Under the pieces are notes generated by a model. That model saw only the letters and a list, made by a program, of their open reading frames with translations. It was not told the origin of the DNA and made no database searches. DNA of 64,000 nucleotides from Thermoproteota archaeon (lineage in GTDB: Archaea > Asgardarchaeota > Jordiarchaeia > Jordiarchaeales > Freyrarchaeaceae): the NCBI GenBank assembly GCA_029258835.1, contig JAPDJY010000035.1:32001-96000 (forward strand). Reading direction: 5' to 3'. Within the stretch, counting starts at the first letter, position 1. Every line of letters begins with the position of its first letter. Below, one piece after another: positions 38,828 through 48,869 of this stretch. Made by a program: the position numbers and the translations under genes.

Positions 38828-39844
38828 TTGAAGCATGGAATTTGCTGGGTTGGGGTGACGGATGTGGAGGGGTTTTCTCAGAGGCTTTTCGAGTTGATTG
38901 TGGATGCTTTAAGTGTTGAGAGGGGGGTAAGGGAGCTTTTAGAGGATTGCTTGTGGTTTACAGATAAGCTTGTTTCGGGTACGAGTGGCTTTGAAAGGGA
39001 GGGATACGTTGCTGTTAGGAGGGCTTTAATGCACTGGATTAAGAGCCTTAGCACCCCCTTTGATGAGAGAGGAGATTTAGAGTTTTTGGGCGAGAAAAAG
39101 GAGTGGGAAAAAGCGGTGGAGGCGTTTAGGAGGGCGGGGGATCAGAGAGGCGCGTATCGTGCTTTGTTAGTCATGACTGTTAGGAGAGGTGAAAGGTATG
39201 CCTTGGCCGGCGACTTGAACACAGCATGTAATGTAATGGCTGAAGCAGAGGAAATAGCTAAGAAAGCAGGGTTAAGTGCTAAACAGCTGATGCTTTTAAG
39301 GGCTAAACATCTCAGGCTCTTAGCGCTAAAGAAAGAAGTGGAAGGAGACTTCTTAGGTGTGGGGGAATCGTACTTAGAAATTGCACATATAATGGAAAAG
39401 TTAGGGTTGAATTGGAGGGCGGATAAGGTTGCAGCGCTCAGATTCCTGTCACGCCATGCTATGGCTGATGGGATATGGGGTAACGTGGCGAGGTACCAGA
39501 TGGAGATAAGTGAGTTAATGAGGGAGATGGGGGATGTGCAGGGAGCTATGGCTGCTGAGGCAAGGGGGCTGATGGCGATGGCGATTGACGCCGAAGGGAA
39601 AGGGCAGTGGGTTAGGGCGGGGGAGTGCCATAAAAGGGCCGAGGAGGTTTTATGTAAAATGGGAAGTAGGATAAATGCGCTTTATGCCAGGTTGAACGCA
39701 TACGTGTGCTTTAGTAAGGGAAAAGGTGAAAGGCCTCCTTGGATGGACGAGGCTGAAGAGCTCATTAGAAGGGCTAAACGTGAGGAGGATGTAAGGGTGC
39801 TTGAGAGGGAAGTGAAAAGATTGCTTAGAGAGATTGAAGGGTGA
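38828..39844 (+). CDS. Alpha-solenoid (TPR-like) repeat protein
   Basis: Repeated G.W..A...(Y/H)..A.E....G helical-hairpin pattern. Confidence 0.6.
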   Translation: MKHGICWVGVTDVEGFSQRLFELIVDALSVERGVRELLEDCLWFTDKLVSGTSGFEREGYVAVRRALMHWIKSLSTPFDERGDLEFLGEKKEWEKAVEAFRRAGDQRGAYRALLVMTVRRGERYALAGDLNTACNVMAEAEEIAKKAGLSAKQLMLLRAKHLRLLALKKEVEGDFLGVGESYLEIAHIMEKLGLNWRADKVAALRFLSRHAMADGIWGNVARYQMEISELMREMGDVQGAMAAEARGLMAMAIDAEGKGQWVRAGECHKRAEEVLCKMGSRINALYARLNAYVCFSKGKGERPPWMDEAEELIRRAKREEDVRVLEREVKRLLREIEG

Positions 39845-40496
39845 TTAAGCCGGAGCGGAAGAGCCTACGATATTTTTCAAGAAGAAGGGCGGTCCTTGGC
39901 CCTGCCTTGACGTTTTCTACTGACAGGAGATCCTGTGGGTAATCTATGTCCGTTTTGATCCTTGGGGAAGCATATGTTTCCACGTGTACACCTTTAGCTC
40001 TTGCCCTAAGGATGTGCCTTTTGAAGCTGTCTTCTCCAAAGTCGGGAAGAATGGCTGTGGGAGGCTTTAAAAGCAAGGCATTTGTCCCTCCGCTTTTAGA
40101 TTCGGCAAGAACCACAACCTCTTCCTCGTTTTCGCCTTTTTCAATTATGGCGTTAATGTCGCTTACTTCTATGAAGGGTATGTCAGCTGGGAGTACAAGA
40201 ACTGCTTTGGCCCCTAATTTAATACAGAGGAGGATGCCATGTGCAATGGCATTGTTTAAACTATGGGGGGGAGGCTCAACGATTACGTTGATCTTTTTAA
40301 ATGGAAGCGTGAGGTCACGGTCTGGTGTAACTACGTGGATTCCATCAAAGGATCCGGTAGCCACTGCCACATCGATCACGTCTAGTAACATTGCAAGGCT
40401 CAGCTTCTGTCTTTCAGGATGGGGCAGAGAAGGGGAGAGCCTAGACTTTGCCTTTCCTACGCCCTTAAAAGGGATGATTAAGTGAAGGTTCTTCAT
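39825..40496 (-). CDS. cofC: Phospholactate/PEP guanylyltransferase
   Basis: IPFK....KSRLS, AML.DV, LNNA, LPADIP, GGTNAL, FGEDSF..H, DID.P.DL. Confidence 0.93.
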   Translation of the reverse strand: MKNLHLIIPFKGVGKAKSRLSPSLPHPERQKLSLAMLLDVIDVAVATGSFDGIHVVTPDRDLTLPFKKINVIVEPPPHSLNNAIAHGILLCIKLGAKAVLVLPADIPFIEVSDINAIIEKGENEEEVVVLAESKSGGTNALLLKPPTAILPDFGEDSFKRHILRARAKGVHVETYASPRIKTDIDYPQDLLSVENVKAGPRTALLLEKYRRLFRSGLITLQSL

Positions 40497-40508
40497 TTAA
40501 ATCCACCA

Positions 40509-41282
40509 TTAATTGCTGAGAGCTTCCTCCACTTTAAGTGCAATACGGCCGACGAGTGTTGGGTCGTGGATTGCCGCGCGGGCAATAGACACGGCATCAG
40601 CCCCGGAATTTAGCATTCTAATTGCACTTTCGAAGTCTCGGACTGAATTGTTTCCAATAAGGAAGACATCTACGTTTTCGGATAGCTTCCTTATTAGCCT
40701 TAAGTCTCCGCATGCTTCTCCGGGTTTCATTGCGTCGATGTGAATTGCGTCGACCCCAGCAGCCTCCGCTATTTTGGCCACATGCAAGTCGTCTACGACG
40801 TTTCCTCTCCACTTCAAGATCACGTTGAGGTTAAATGAGTCCTTTAAATGTTTAATCCATTCTGACAGCTCGTCCAGTCTTCCTAGGAGGGCTTGCCCAG
40901 CACCTACGGATAGCATTTCAGGCTGGCGGCAATGCGCGTTTATTTCTAAAACTGTGGCTCCACTTTGCGACACGGATTCGCCGGCAAAAATGATGCCTTT
41001 CATGGTCGCTGCCCTAACATTGACGGCGACAGGGGTTCCATTTATCGATGCTTTCCTTACTTCTCCTTTTAAATAGTCAGTAAGAAAGTGAAGGTCTATC
41101 TCAAACTCCCTTCGTCCTCTTTGACTTATTTTCCTGCTGGCAGTAAGGGTTTCCATGTCGAAGTTTAGCCCACCTAATGTGACCATGCCCGCTCCTGCCT
41201 TAGATGCTTTTGAGCAAAAATCGCCATTACAGATTCCAGCCATAGCTGCTAGAATTACGCGACTTCTTAATTTAAGCTTCAT
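40509..41282 (-). CDS. DUS/NifR3-related archaeal FMN TIM-barrel (MJ0144-like)
   Basis: LAAMAGI, GRREF, EINAHCRQPEM..GAGQALL, IHIDAM, IGNNSV, GADAVS.AR. Confidence 0.85.
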   Translation of the reverse strand: MKLKLRSRVILAAMAGICNGDFCSKASKAGAGMVTLGGLNFDMETLTASRKISQRGRREFEIDLHFLTDYLKGEVRKASINGTPVAVNVRAATMKGIIFAGESVSQSGATVLEINAHCRQPEMLSVGAGQALLGRLDELSEWIKHLKDSFNLNVILKWRGNVVDDLHVAKIAEAAGVDAIHIDAMKPGEACGDLRLIRKLSENVDVFLIGNNSVRDFESAIRMLNSGADAVSIARAAIHDPTLVGRIALKVEEALSN

Positions 41283-42211
41283 CGTATCAGCCCCATAATT
41301 TCTGATGCCAAACGTATCGTGTCTTCACGGGTTACCATTAAAGTGTCCGTTACGTAGGTTGCAATACCGATGGAATTTACTGCTTTTTTGAGTGGTGCGT
41401 CTCGTTTATCAAAGACCAACGTGTCTATTAAGTTTTTATAAAAGAGAGCAACGCCGAAAGGTGATACTTCCATCTTAAGACCGCGCATTAGCTTAGCTGC
41501 TGGGCCACTCACAGCCTGTCCGCCGACTATTGGGCTGACAGCGATCTTCTTACAGTTGAGCCTTCTAATGGTGTCTTTTATTCCTCGCACTGCTAATATT
41601 GGCCCTATGCTTGTGATAGGGTTGCTGGGGCCAAATATGATTGCATCCGATGAAGTTAATGTTTCAATCACTTCGGGAGGGGGGTTAGCTTTCTCTGCGC
41701 CTCGATATTCGATGCCAAACACATCCGGCTCTCCCCGGTGCTTAACCCAGAACTCTTGAAAGGAAATAACCCCTAAGTCGGTTCTTACGTAGGTTTGAAC
41801 GCGATCATCGCTCATGGGTAGAACTCTTGCCTTAACGCCTAGCTGCTTACAAATTAGTTTTGTAATGGTAGACAAGGTCATTCCCTTCCTAAGAAGGAAA
41901 GTCCTCAAGATGTGGGTTGCTAGGTCACGGTCGCCTAAAGAGAACCATGTTTCTAATCCGTATTTTTCCATCATTTCGAGACAGTTGAAAGTGTCGCCTT
42001 TTATCCCCCAAAACTTTTCTTTGTCAAGTAAACCTGCTATTAGATAAACTGTGCTGTCTAGGTCCGGACTTATGTGGAGGCCGTGGAATTCTATGTCGTC
42101 GCCCGTGTTTACTATAATTGCAATTTCGTCTTGCGGGAGGATTTCGAGGAAACCTTCCAGGAGCTTTAATCCGCCTGTTCCCCCTGTAAGGAGAGAGATC
42201 AACTTGATCAC
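41279..42211 (-). CDS. cofD: 2-phospho-L-lactate transferase
   Basis: GGTGG.K, VNTGDD, SPDLD, LGDRDLATH, FQEFWV, GPSNPITSIGP, VSGPA. Confidence 0.95.
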   Translation of the reverse strand: MIKLISLLTGGTGGLKLLEGFLEILPQDEIAIIVNTGDDIEFHGLHISPDLDSTVYLIAGLLDKEKFWGIKGDTFNCLEMMEKYGLETWFSLGDRDLATHILRTFLLRKGMTLSTITKLICKQLGVKARVLPMSDDRVQTYVRTDLGVISFQEFWVKHRGEPDVFGIEYRGAEKANPPPEVIETLTSSDAIIFGPSNPITSIGPILAVRGIKDTIRRLNCKKIAVSPIVGGQAVSGPAAKLMRGLKMEVSPFGVALFYKNLIDTLVFDKRDAPLKKAVNSIGIATYVTDTLMVTREDTIRLASEIMGLIR

Positions 42212-42960
42212 CTGAAGAGGTCTCTTTCAGGAGGTATTACTAGGTCCTTGCCGCTTCCTTCTCCTTCAATGTACTTATACCCTCTTACAATGACTGCAGG
42301 GATCCCTTCGTCCGCCTGTCCCATAACCAGCTCGGCCGCCGATGCAATTTCATCTGCAACGGCCACAATGGTTGAACGTAAAGTGTAGCCAAAAAGATCC
42401 CGGTCTCCACGTCGATCCCAAAGTGGCTTCATACCGGCTACACCTAACGCTACATTTACTGCTCCCTCCCTGAAGGGGCGGCCGTGGGTGTCTGAAATTA
42501 TTACAGCTACGTTGGCGCCCGTAAGTTTCAAAACAGTGTTTCTGATCTTTCTTGCAGACTCGTCAGGGTCTGAGGGAAGCAACGTAACATGGCCTCCACC
42601 GGATACGTTAGACTCGTCTACTCCAGAGTTAGCACAGATGAAACCGTGCCGTGTCTCTGTGATTATAACATGACGCATTTTAACTATTCGTTTGGCTTCT
42701 CTTAAGATTACTTCAACTAACTGAGGGGGTTTATTCACTTGCCTACTTACTTCCACAGCAAAAGGTGAGGGGGTCACCTGAGATAAGTTAATTACTTGCC
42801 CCTCTGACTTAGACACTATAGACTGCGCGACTACAAGTACATCGCCGTCTTTTATTTGCAATCCCTGTCTTTTTGCAGCTTCAACAATCAACTTTCCTAT
42901 ATCATCGCCATGCTTTACTAGTGGAATACCCTTAATTCCGATTATTTCCACCCGGTCCAT
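42208..42960 (-). CDS. cofE: Coenzyme F420-0:gamma-glutamyl ligase
   Basis: GIP.V..GDD, IVSKSEG, ANSGVDESN, LLP.DPD.SA, DTHGRPFR.G, ADEIASAA.LVMG; start at the ATG of MDRVE. Confidence 0.95.
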   Translation of the reverse strand: MDRVEIIGIKGIPLVKHGDDIGKLIVEAAKRQGLQIKDGDVLVVAQSIVSKSEGQVINLSQVTPSPFAVEVSRQVNKPPQLVEVILREAKRIVKMRHVIITETRHGFICANSGVDESNVSGGGHVTLLPSDPDESARKIRNTVLKLTGANVAVIISDTHGRPFREGAVNVALGVAGMKPLWDRRGDRDLFGYTLRSTIVAVADEIASAAELVMGQADEGIPAVIVRGYKYIEGEGSGKDLVIPPERDLFR

Positions 42961-43115
42961 TTTCGAGAAACCTCTTCTTAACATTGCAGTTCCTCGGATC
43001 ACTCCCTTATTTGTCTCCTTAATTTTAAGAATGGGATTCAAAAAAGATGAAATTATTTCATGCGGCATTAATTTAAAACTGAGAAATGAAATTTTTATCC
43101 TGAGTTTCATATCAT

Positions 43116-43466
43116 CTATTCTTCAGGCTGTAATTCACCTTTAACTATTTTTGATATGATTTCCTTTTGAGCTTCTTTAACGGCTCCAAGAAAATTGAAG
43201 CCGCGCGTGTCAGCGCCTAGTTCATCAATGGCATCGCCAAAACTATGTGTATTTACTAGCGATATGACAATGTCTGTTATGTTATACCGCTTACCTTTAA
43301 AACGGACAAATATTTTACGAGACTCCCAGTCAACTTCAGCACCATAGAGTTTCCTCTGGAGATTTATAGCTTCAGCAATTGTGAGATTTGGATTTGAAGA
43401 CATAAGTTCATCAACAGAGGGGATCTTAACACCTTCGATGGAAAGTAAAGAATGTTGGATGAACAT
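43116..43466 (-). CDS. Hypothetical protein
   Basis: Open frame with protein-like composition; start uncertain. Confidence 0.55.
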   Translation of the reverse strand: MFIQHSLLSIEGVKIPSVDELMSSNPNLTIAEAINLQRKLYGAEVDWESRKIFVRFKGKRYNITDIVISLVNTHSFGDAIDELGADTRGFNFLGAVKEAQKEIISKIVKGELQPEE

Positions 43467-43632
43467 GCTTATAAGCCAGCACCGGTTAAAACGCCCTTTC
43501 CATACATTAGCCTGCAAGGAACTAACCCCTTTTTAACAACGCCTATCCATGTTTCTAATAAATTTCCAAGGGAAGAAAATATAAAGATTAAGGTGACGTT
43601 TTCGTTTAACTCTACCTCAAAAGTAAACACGA

Positions 43633-43812
43633 CTAAAAGAAACCATTAAACATGTTATTAATGTAATTAAAGAAATTATTGGCGATTCCGCTTGACCAAT
43701 TAAATATAGTGAACATGACATTTAACATTATGGCTAATCCCAACATTGCCAAACCAATCAAGATCGCCTCTTCGACTATTGGTGAGGCTCGCTCGTCTTT
43801 TATGAAGCTCAA
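43633..43812 (-). CDS. Small Flp/type IV pilin-like protein (class III signal peptide)
   Basis: MSFIKDERA|SPIVEEAILIGLAMLGLAIML..: charged leader, Glu at +5, hydrophobic helix; GGGGTG RBS before the TTG. Confidence 0.7.
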   Translation of the reverse strand: MSFIKDERASPIVEEAILIGLAMLGLAIMLNVMFTIFNWSSGIANNFFNYINNMFNGFF

Positions 43813-44084
43813 GAGAAACACCCCCTTTCTAGCCTTCAACTATTGAGATAACAAAAACATATTTAAAATAAACACTTTTAGTGGCGATGTGGGTGCTTGG
43901 TTTACGTGAAGAATTTCCTTGAGAATTTTTTATTAGGTTTAAAAGAGATGTCAACTTTATCATCTATATTATTGATAAAAATGACATTTAAAAAAATTAA
44001 AATAGTAGTAAATCCAAATAAGTATACTGAAAAATTAGAAAAAATTGCTTTATCTTGATAAGATCTTAAAAGGGGAGATGGGAA

Positions 44085-45230
44085 ATGGCTTATGAGGAAG
44101 AAATGATTGCCGCGAAACCTCTCGTACTAGATAATGGCACAGGATTAACAAAGAACGGATTTGCAGGGGAAGATCAACCCCGTTCAGTTTGGCCTACATG
44201 TATAGGATATCCAAAGTACACTTCAATAATGACCGATGTAGAACACCACACAAGGGAATACTACATAGGCGAGGAAGCTCTAAACCTTAGAGGTGTGCTG
44301 AGGCTTGTGTATCCTATCGAACACGGGATAGTTTCCGACTGGGATGCTATGGAGAAAATATGGCACTATACATTCTTCAATGATTTACGTGTCGACCCAT
44401 CGGAGCACCCAGTGCTTCTAACTGAGCCACCGTTAAACCCTAGGGAAAACAGGGAGAAAATGGCAGAGATAATGTTTGAAACATTTAATGTACCGGCGAT
44501 GTATGTTGCAATGCAAGCTGTCCTATCCCTCTACGCGTCCGGCAGAACTACTGGGCTTGTAGTCGACTCGGGTGATGGGGTCACGCACATAGTACCCATC
44601 TACGAGGGATTTGCTCTAACGCATGCAATCACCAGAATAGACCTAGCAGGGAGAGACATAACAGAATATTTGAGGAGGCTTCTAAGGCAGCGTGGGTACA
44701 GCTTTGTTTCAACAGCTGAAAGAGAAATTGTTAGGGACATTAAGGAGAAGCTCTGTTATGTGGCTTTAGACCCAGAAAAAGAGTTGAAGCTTGCAGAGAA
44801 AGTTTCAGGAATCGAGAAAACATATGTACTCCCTGATGGAGAAACAATTACAGTAGGTGCTGAAAGGTTCCTTGCTCCAGAGGTTTACTTTAACCCAGGA
44901 GTTATTGGGCTCGATGCCCCACCACTAGATGAGGTCATAGTGGACGCTGTCAGGAAATGCGACGTTGACTTAAGAAGAGAACTCTACGGAAACATAGTAC
45001 TTTCAGGCGGCTCGACAATGTTCCCAGGATTAAAGGAAAGATTACACAAGGAGTTATCAGAACTGGTTCCAGAAAATGTCGAAATTAAAATAATTGCTCC
45101 CCCAGAAAGACACTATAGTGTATGGATCGGCGGGTCAATCCTGGCGTCACTAAGAACATTCCAGAAAATGTGGGTTACAAGGAAGGAGTATGAGGAAGGC
45201 GGAAGCGCCGTCATACACAGATGCTTCTGA
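44085..45230 (+). CDS. Actin (Asgard lokiactin type)
   Basis: [96 protein letters not shown], terminal HRCF. Confidence 0.98.
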   Translation: MAYEEEMIAAKPLVLDNGTGLTKNGFAGEDQPRSVWPTCIGYPKYTSIMTDVEHHTREYYIGEEALNLRGVLRLVYPIEHGIVSDWDAMEKIWHYTFFNDLRVDPSEHPVLLTEPPLNPRENREKMAEIMFETFNVPAMYVAMQAVLSLYASGRTTGLVVDSGDGVTHIVPIYEGFALTHAITRIDLAGRDITEYLRRLLRQRGYSFVSTAEREIVRDIKEKLCYVALDPEKELKLAEKVSGIEKTYVLPDGETITVGAERFLAPEVYFNPGVIGLDAPPLDEVIVDAVRKCDVDLRRELYGNIVLSGGSTMFPGLKERLHKELSELVPENVEIKIIAPPERHYSVWIGGSILASLRTFQKMWVTRKEYEEGGSAVIHRCF

Positions 45231-45394
45231 GCTGCGAATTACCGCCATTTCTCCCCATTTTTTAGAGCGATTTTCTTTAATAAATTTCCTTTAATAAACA
45301 CATTTAAAATATAAATTCTCAATTTTTCTTGGCAAAGTAAAACTTTAAGACAGGTTTTGCAGGGAATTCCTCAAGGGAATTAGGTGGCTTTAAC

Positions 45395-47014
45395 TTGAAA
45401 AAGCTCCTAGAAGTTAATACCATTAGAAAAGATAGACGGAAGGTAAAGCTTAGATTTGCATTATGCTACCCGAATACGTATATGGTAGGCATGTCATCTT
45501 TAGGCATACGTCTATTATATGCCCTTATAAATTTAAGAGAAGATGTAGCTTGTGAAAGATTTTTTTACGAGCCGGGGAAGGTGCCTCGAAGCGTTGAGTC
45601 AGGGTTTAAGTTATCTGAGTTTGAGGTAATAGGGGTTTCCCTTCAATTTGAGGAGGACTATGTAAGGTTCATCGAAATGATCCTCAATTCAGGGGTTCCA
45701 TTGAAAAGGTGGGAACGGGGAGAGAGGGACCCTATAGTCGTCGCTGGGGGGATCTGTGCTGTGGAAAACCCACAGCCATTATCAGATTTCGTTGACGTCT
45801 TCGTAATTGGAGATGGAGAAGCACTCATAGACCGGATATTGGACATTTGCATCGAAGAACGAGATAGAGAAACACGTATCGAAGCACTCTCAAACTTGGA
45901 AGGATTTTATGTTCCAGCTTATACGGAGGGGAAGGTTAAGAGAGTTTGGTGTAAAAACATTAATGAAATCTTTCATCCAACCAGTCAGGTGCTACCAGCA
46001 CGCGACAGTTCACCTGTTATGCCTGTTTTTGGTAGGTCTATTCTTCTTGAAGTTGCTAGAGGATGTGAAAAGGGCTGTAGATTTTGCTTAATAGGATTCT
46101 GTAATAGACCTAAACGCATTAGAAGCGGAAGAGTCCTTGAGGAAATTGTAGAGAGGGGAGTGAAGGAGAGTGCCACTAAGAAGGTAACTCTTATAGCGCC
46201 ATCCCTTTCAGAACACCCAAACATAACGGAATTGTGCTGGAACATGGTAAATTCCGGATTAGAAATATCGTTGCCTTCATTAAGCATAGACGTTATATCT
46301 GATGAGCTACTTAACGCATTGGTCAAAGGAGGACAAAGAACCGTAACCATAGCCCCCGAAACGGGAACAGAGGAGCTGCGAAAAAAGATTAATAAGCCAT
46401 TTTCCGATGATGAAATAATTTCTGCAGCTGACACCATATTAGAACAAAAATTGAATTTAAAAATGTATTTTATAGTTGGTTTGCCGTTTGAGAAGGAGGA
46501 GGACGTCGAAGGAATAGTGAAGATTGTTAGTAGGATTTCTAAATTAAGAAGGGGGACAAGTGTAAAAGTAAGTGTAAATCCGTTCGTGCCTAAACCTCAT
46601 ACGCCATTTGCATGGGCGCCTCAGCAGCCTCAAATGGTCCTTAAAGAAAAAATGAAGAAAGTACGTTCATTCTTAAGAAAAGAATCCGTTGTTTTTGAGG
46701 GAATGGACCCGCGGAAGGCAGCTATTGAGGCGATTTTATCCTTAGGAGGAAGAGAGTTAGGGGAAATAATAGAATTAGCAACGCTTTATGGAGGAGGATT
46801 CGGTGCATGGAGGCGGGCTTTAAGAGAAAAAACTACTAATTTAGAGGACTTGAGCAAGTTTAGGTCTATGGATGCAGAACAACCATGGGAAGTAATCGAC
46901 GTAGGAGTTAGCAGAAAATTTTTAATTAAGGAGTGGTATAAGGCGGTTGATGGTGTTCAAACATCGCCTTATAGTTGCTGTGATCAATGCGGGGTATGTT
47001 ACACTATAGACTGA
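45395..47014 (+). CDS. Radical SAM protein (YgiQ-like, large family)
   Basis: YPNTY.VGMSSLG, ENP.P, RGC..GCRFC, APETGTE, FVPKPHTPF. Confidence 0.88.
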   Translation: MKKLLEVNTIRKDRRKVKLRFALCYPNTYMVGMSSLGIRLLYALINLREDVACERFFYEPGKVPRSVESGFKLSEFEVIGVSLQFEEDYVRFIEMILNSGVPLKRWERGERDPIVVAGGICAVENPQPLSDFVDVFVIGDGEALIDRILDICIEERDRETRIEALSNLEGFYVPAYTEGKVKRVWCKNINEIFHPTSQVLPARDSSPVMPVFGRSILLEVARGCEKGCRFCLIGFCNRPKRIRSGRVLEEIVERGVKESATKKVTLIAPSLSEHPNITELCWNMVNSGLEISLPSLSIDVISDELLNALVKGGQRTVTIAPETGTEELRKKINKPFSDDEIISAADTILEQKLNLKMYFIVGLPFEKEEDVEGIVKIVSRISKLRRGTSVKVSVNPFVPKPHTPFAWAPQQPQMVLKEKMKKVRSFLRKESVVFEGMDPRKAAIEAILSLGGRELGEIIELATLYGGGFGAWRRALREKTTNLEDLSKFRSMDAEQPWEVIDVGVSRKFLIKEWYKAVDGVQTSPYSCCDQCGVCYTID

Positions 47015-47145
47015 AGAAGCCACCCCTTCCTTTTTAAAAATCGAAACGAACGAGGGCTTTAAGCAAGTAAACATAATCTTTTTATTGTATTTCACAGAAA
47101 GTCTTTTGGGTAAGGGGAAGGTGAATGAGGATTTGGGGGAGAGGA

Positions 47146-47463
47146 ATGGAGTATAACATGAAGAAGTTAAGAGAGGAATTTCCTAATATCGCAAGGGAGC
47201 TTGAGAACAGAGAGGATATTAGAATACGAATAACAGGGGTTAGAACTTGCGAAATAAAGGACATAGATGTTGTAAGACTGATGAGAAGGTGCGACAAAGA
47301 GGAAGAGGCTATAGAGATCATCGAATACCTTACGAAGAGGGGAGAAATATCGAAAGAACATGCTGTCCGCATTCTTAAGCAACTTAAGGAAAAAGGATTA
47401 CGATCATTTGGAAGCAAAATAACTTGGGGTTTTTTCGAAAGAGAATATAGAAGAAATTTCTGA
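47146..47463 (+). CDS. DUF2095-like protein
   Basis: FPNIARELE, RRC..EEEA.EIIEYL.KRGEI, GLRSFG.K..WG. Confidence 0.8.
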   Translation: MEYNMKKLREEFPNIARELENREDIRIRITGVRTCEIKDIDVVRLMRRCDKEEEAIEIIEYLTKRGEISKEHAVRILKQLKEKGLRSFGSKITWGFFEREYRRNF

Positions 47464-47630
47464 AAAATAGTAGAAGAAGGAACCTACTTAAGTTACTTTC
47501 ATTTTAATTAATTAAGTTGAATGAGAAGTTAGCTATCTAAAAAATAAATCAAGTTTTTAGGCCGTTTTTAATTAAATTTAGGAGGACTTTCTAGAGAATC
47601 TCTTTTAGAACGTAAAAGAGAGATGGGATA

Positions 47631-48842
47631 ATGGACATATTAATAGGGATTGTTGGGAAGCCAAATTCAGGCAAAACAACGTTCCTAAATGCTGCGAGCT
47701 TGACATCTTACAAGGTAGCGGACTACCCTTTCACAACGATAGATGCACAACAAGGAGTAGGCTACGTAAGGGTAAAATGTGTATGTGAGGAGTTAGGTGT
47801 GAAAGACAACCCACAAAACTCGATGTGCATAGAGGGCAATAGGTTTATACCAGTAAAGCTTTTGGACGTTGCAGGACTTGTCCCTGATGCATGGAAAGGA
47901 AGAGGACTTGGAAATCAGTTTCTTGACAGCCTTAGGAGAGCAGACGTCCTAATTCACGTTGTAGATGCATCTGGGTCATGTGACGCTGAAGGAAGGCCCG
48001 TAGAACCAGGATCGTGGAACCCTATGGATGACATTAAGTTTTTAGAGAGAGAAGTAGCAATGTGGTTTAAGCAGATAATAAGTAAAGACTGGCAGAGAAT
48101 TGTAAGACAGGTTGAGTCAGGTACTAAATCATTAGAAGAGATTCTTACAGAGAAACTGTCAGGTCTTGCAGTAAGACGCTACCATGTTAGAATGGCTGTT
48201 AAGTCTACTGGTTTTGACCCAACTAAGCCGAGCCGGTGGGGTGATGATGACCTTTACACGTTTTCCCACGAGCTCAGAAAAGTATCAAAGCCCATTTTGA
48301 TCTGTCTGAATAAAATAGACAGAAAGACAGCCAAAAAGAACATTGAAGCTTTTAAAAAAGAAAACATAAAATTTGTAGCAGCCAGCGCCCTCGCGGAGTA
48401 CTTCTTAAGAGTGCTAGCAAGAGACGATGTAATAAACTACCTTCCTGGCGATAACGATTTCGAAGTATTAAAGCCGCAAAAACTAACTGAAAAACAGAAA
48501 GAGGCGTTGGAGAAAATAAAAGAGGAAATACTTGACGTTTATGGTTCAACAGGCGTTCAAGACGCAATAAACAGAGCAGTTTTCGACGTTCTAGGCATGA
48601 TAACTGTTTATCCTGTAGAGGACATGAATAAATTTACAGATCATAAAGGAAATGTATTGCCAGATGCATTACTGGTCCCCAAGGGAACCACGGTAAGAGA
48701 GTTAGCGTATATGATACACACAGAGTTAGGAGAAACATTTATCTACGCTTTAGACGCCCGAACAAAACAGCGCCTTTCAGAGGAGCATAAATTAGAGGAT
48801 AAAAGCGTAATTAAAATCGTTTCAGCCAAAGCGTTAAGGTGA
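47631..48842 (+). CDS. ychF: Obg-family ATPase/GTPase YchF
   Basis: GKPNSGKT, YPFTTI, DVAGLVP.A..G.GLGN.FL, C-terminal TGS domain. Confidence 0.94.
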   Translation: MDILIGIVGKPNSGKTTFLNAASLTSYKVADYPFTTIDAQQGVGYVRVKCVCEELGVKDNPQNSMCIEGNRFIPVKLLDVAGLVPDAWKGRGLGNQFLDSLRRADVLIHVVDASGSCDAEGRPVEPGSWNPMDDIKFLEREVAMWFKQIISKDWQRIVRQVESGTKSLEEILTEKLSGLAVRRYHVRMAVKSTGFDPTKPSRWGDDDLYTFSHELRKVSKPILICLNKIDRKTAKKNIEAFKKENIKFVAASALAEYFLRVLARDDVINYLPGDNDFEVLKPQKLTEKQKEALEKIKEEILDVYGSTGVQDAINRAVFDVLGMITVYPVEDMNKFTDHKGNVLPDALLVPKGTTVRELAYMIHTELGETFIYALDARTKQRLSEEHKLEDKSVIKIVSAKALR

Positions 48843-48869
48843 AGAGGAAAAGTAGTTAGGTGGTGAAGG

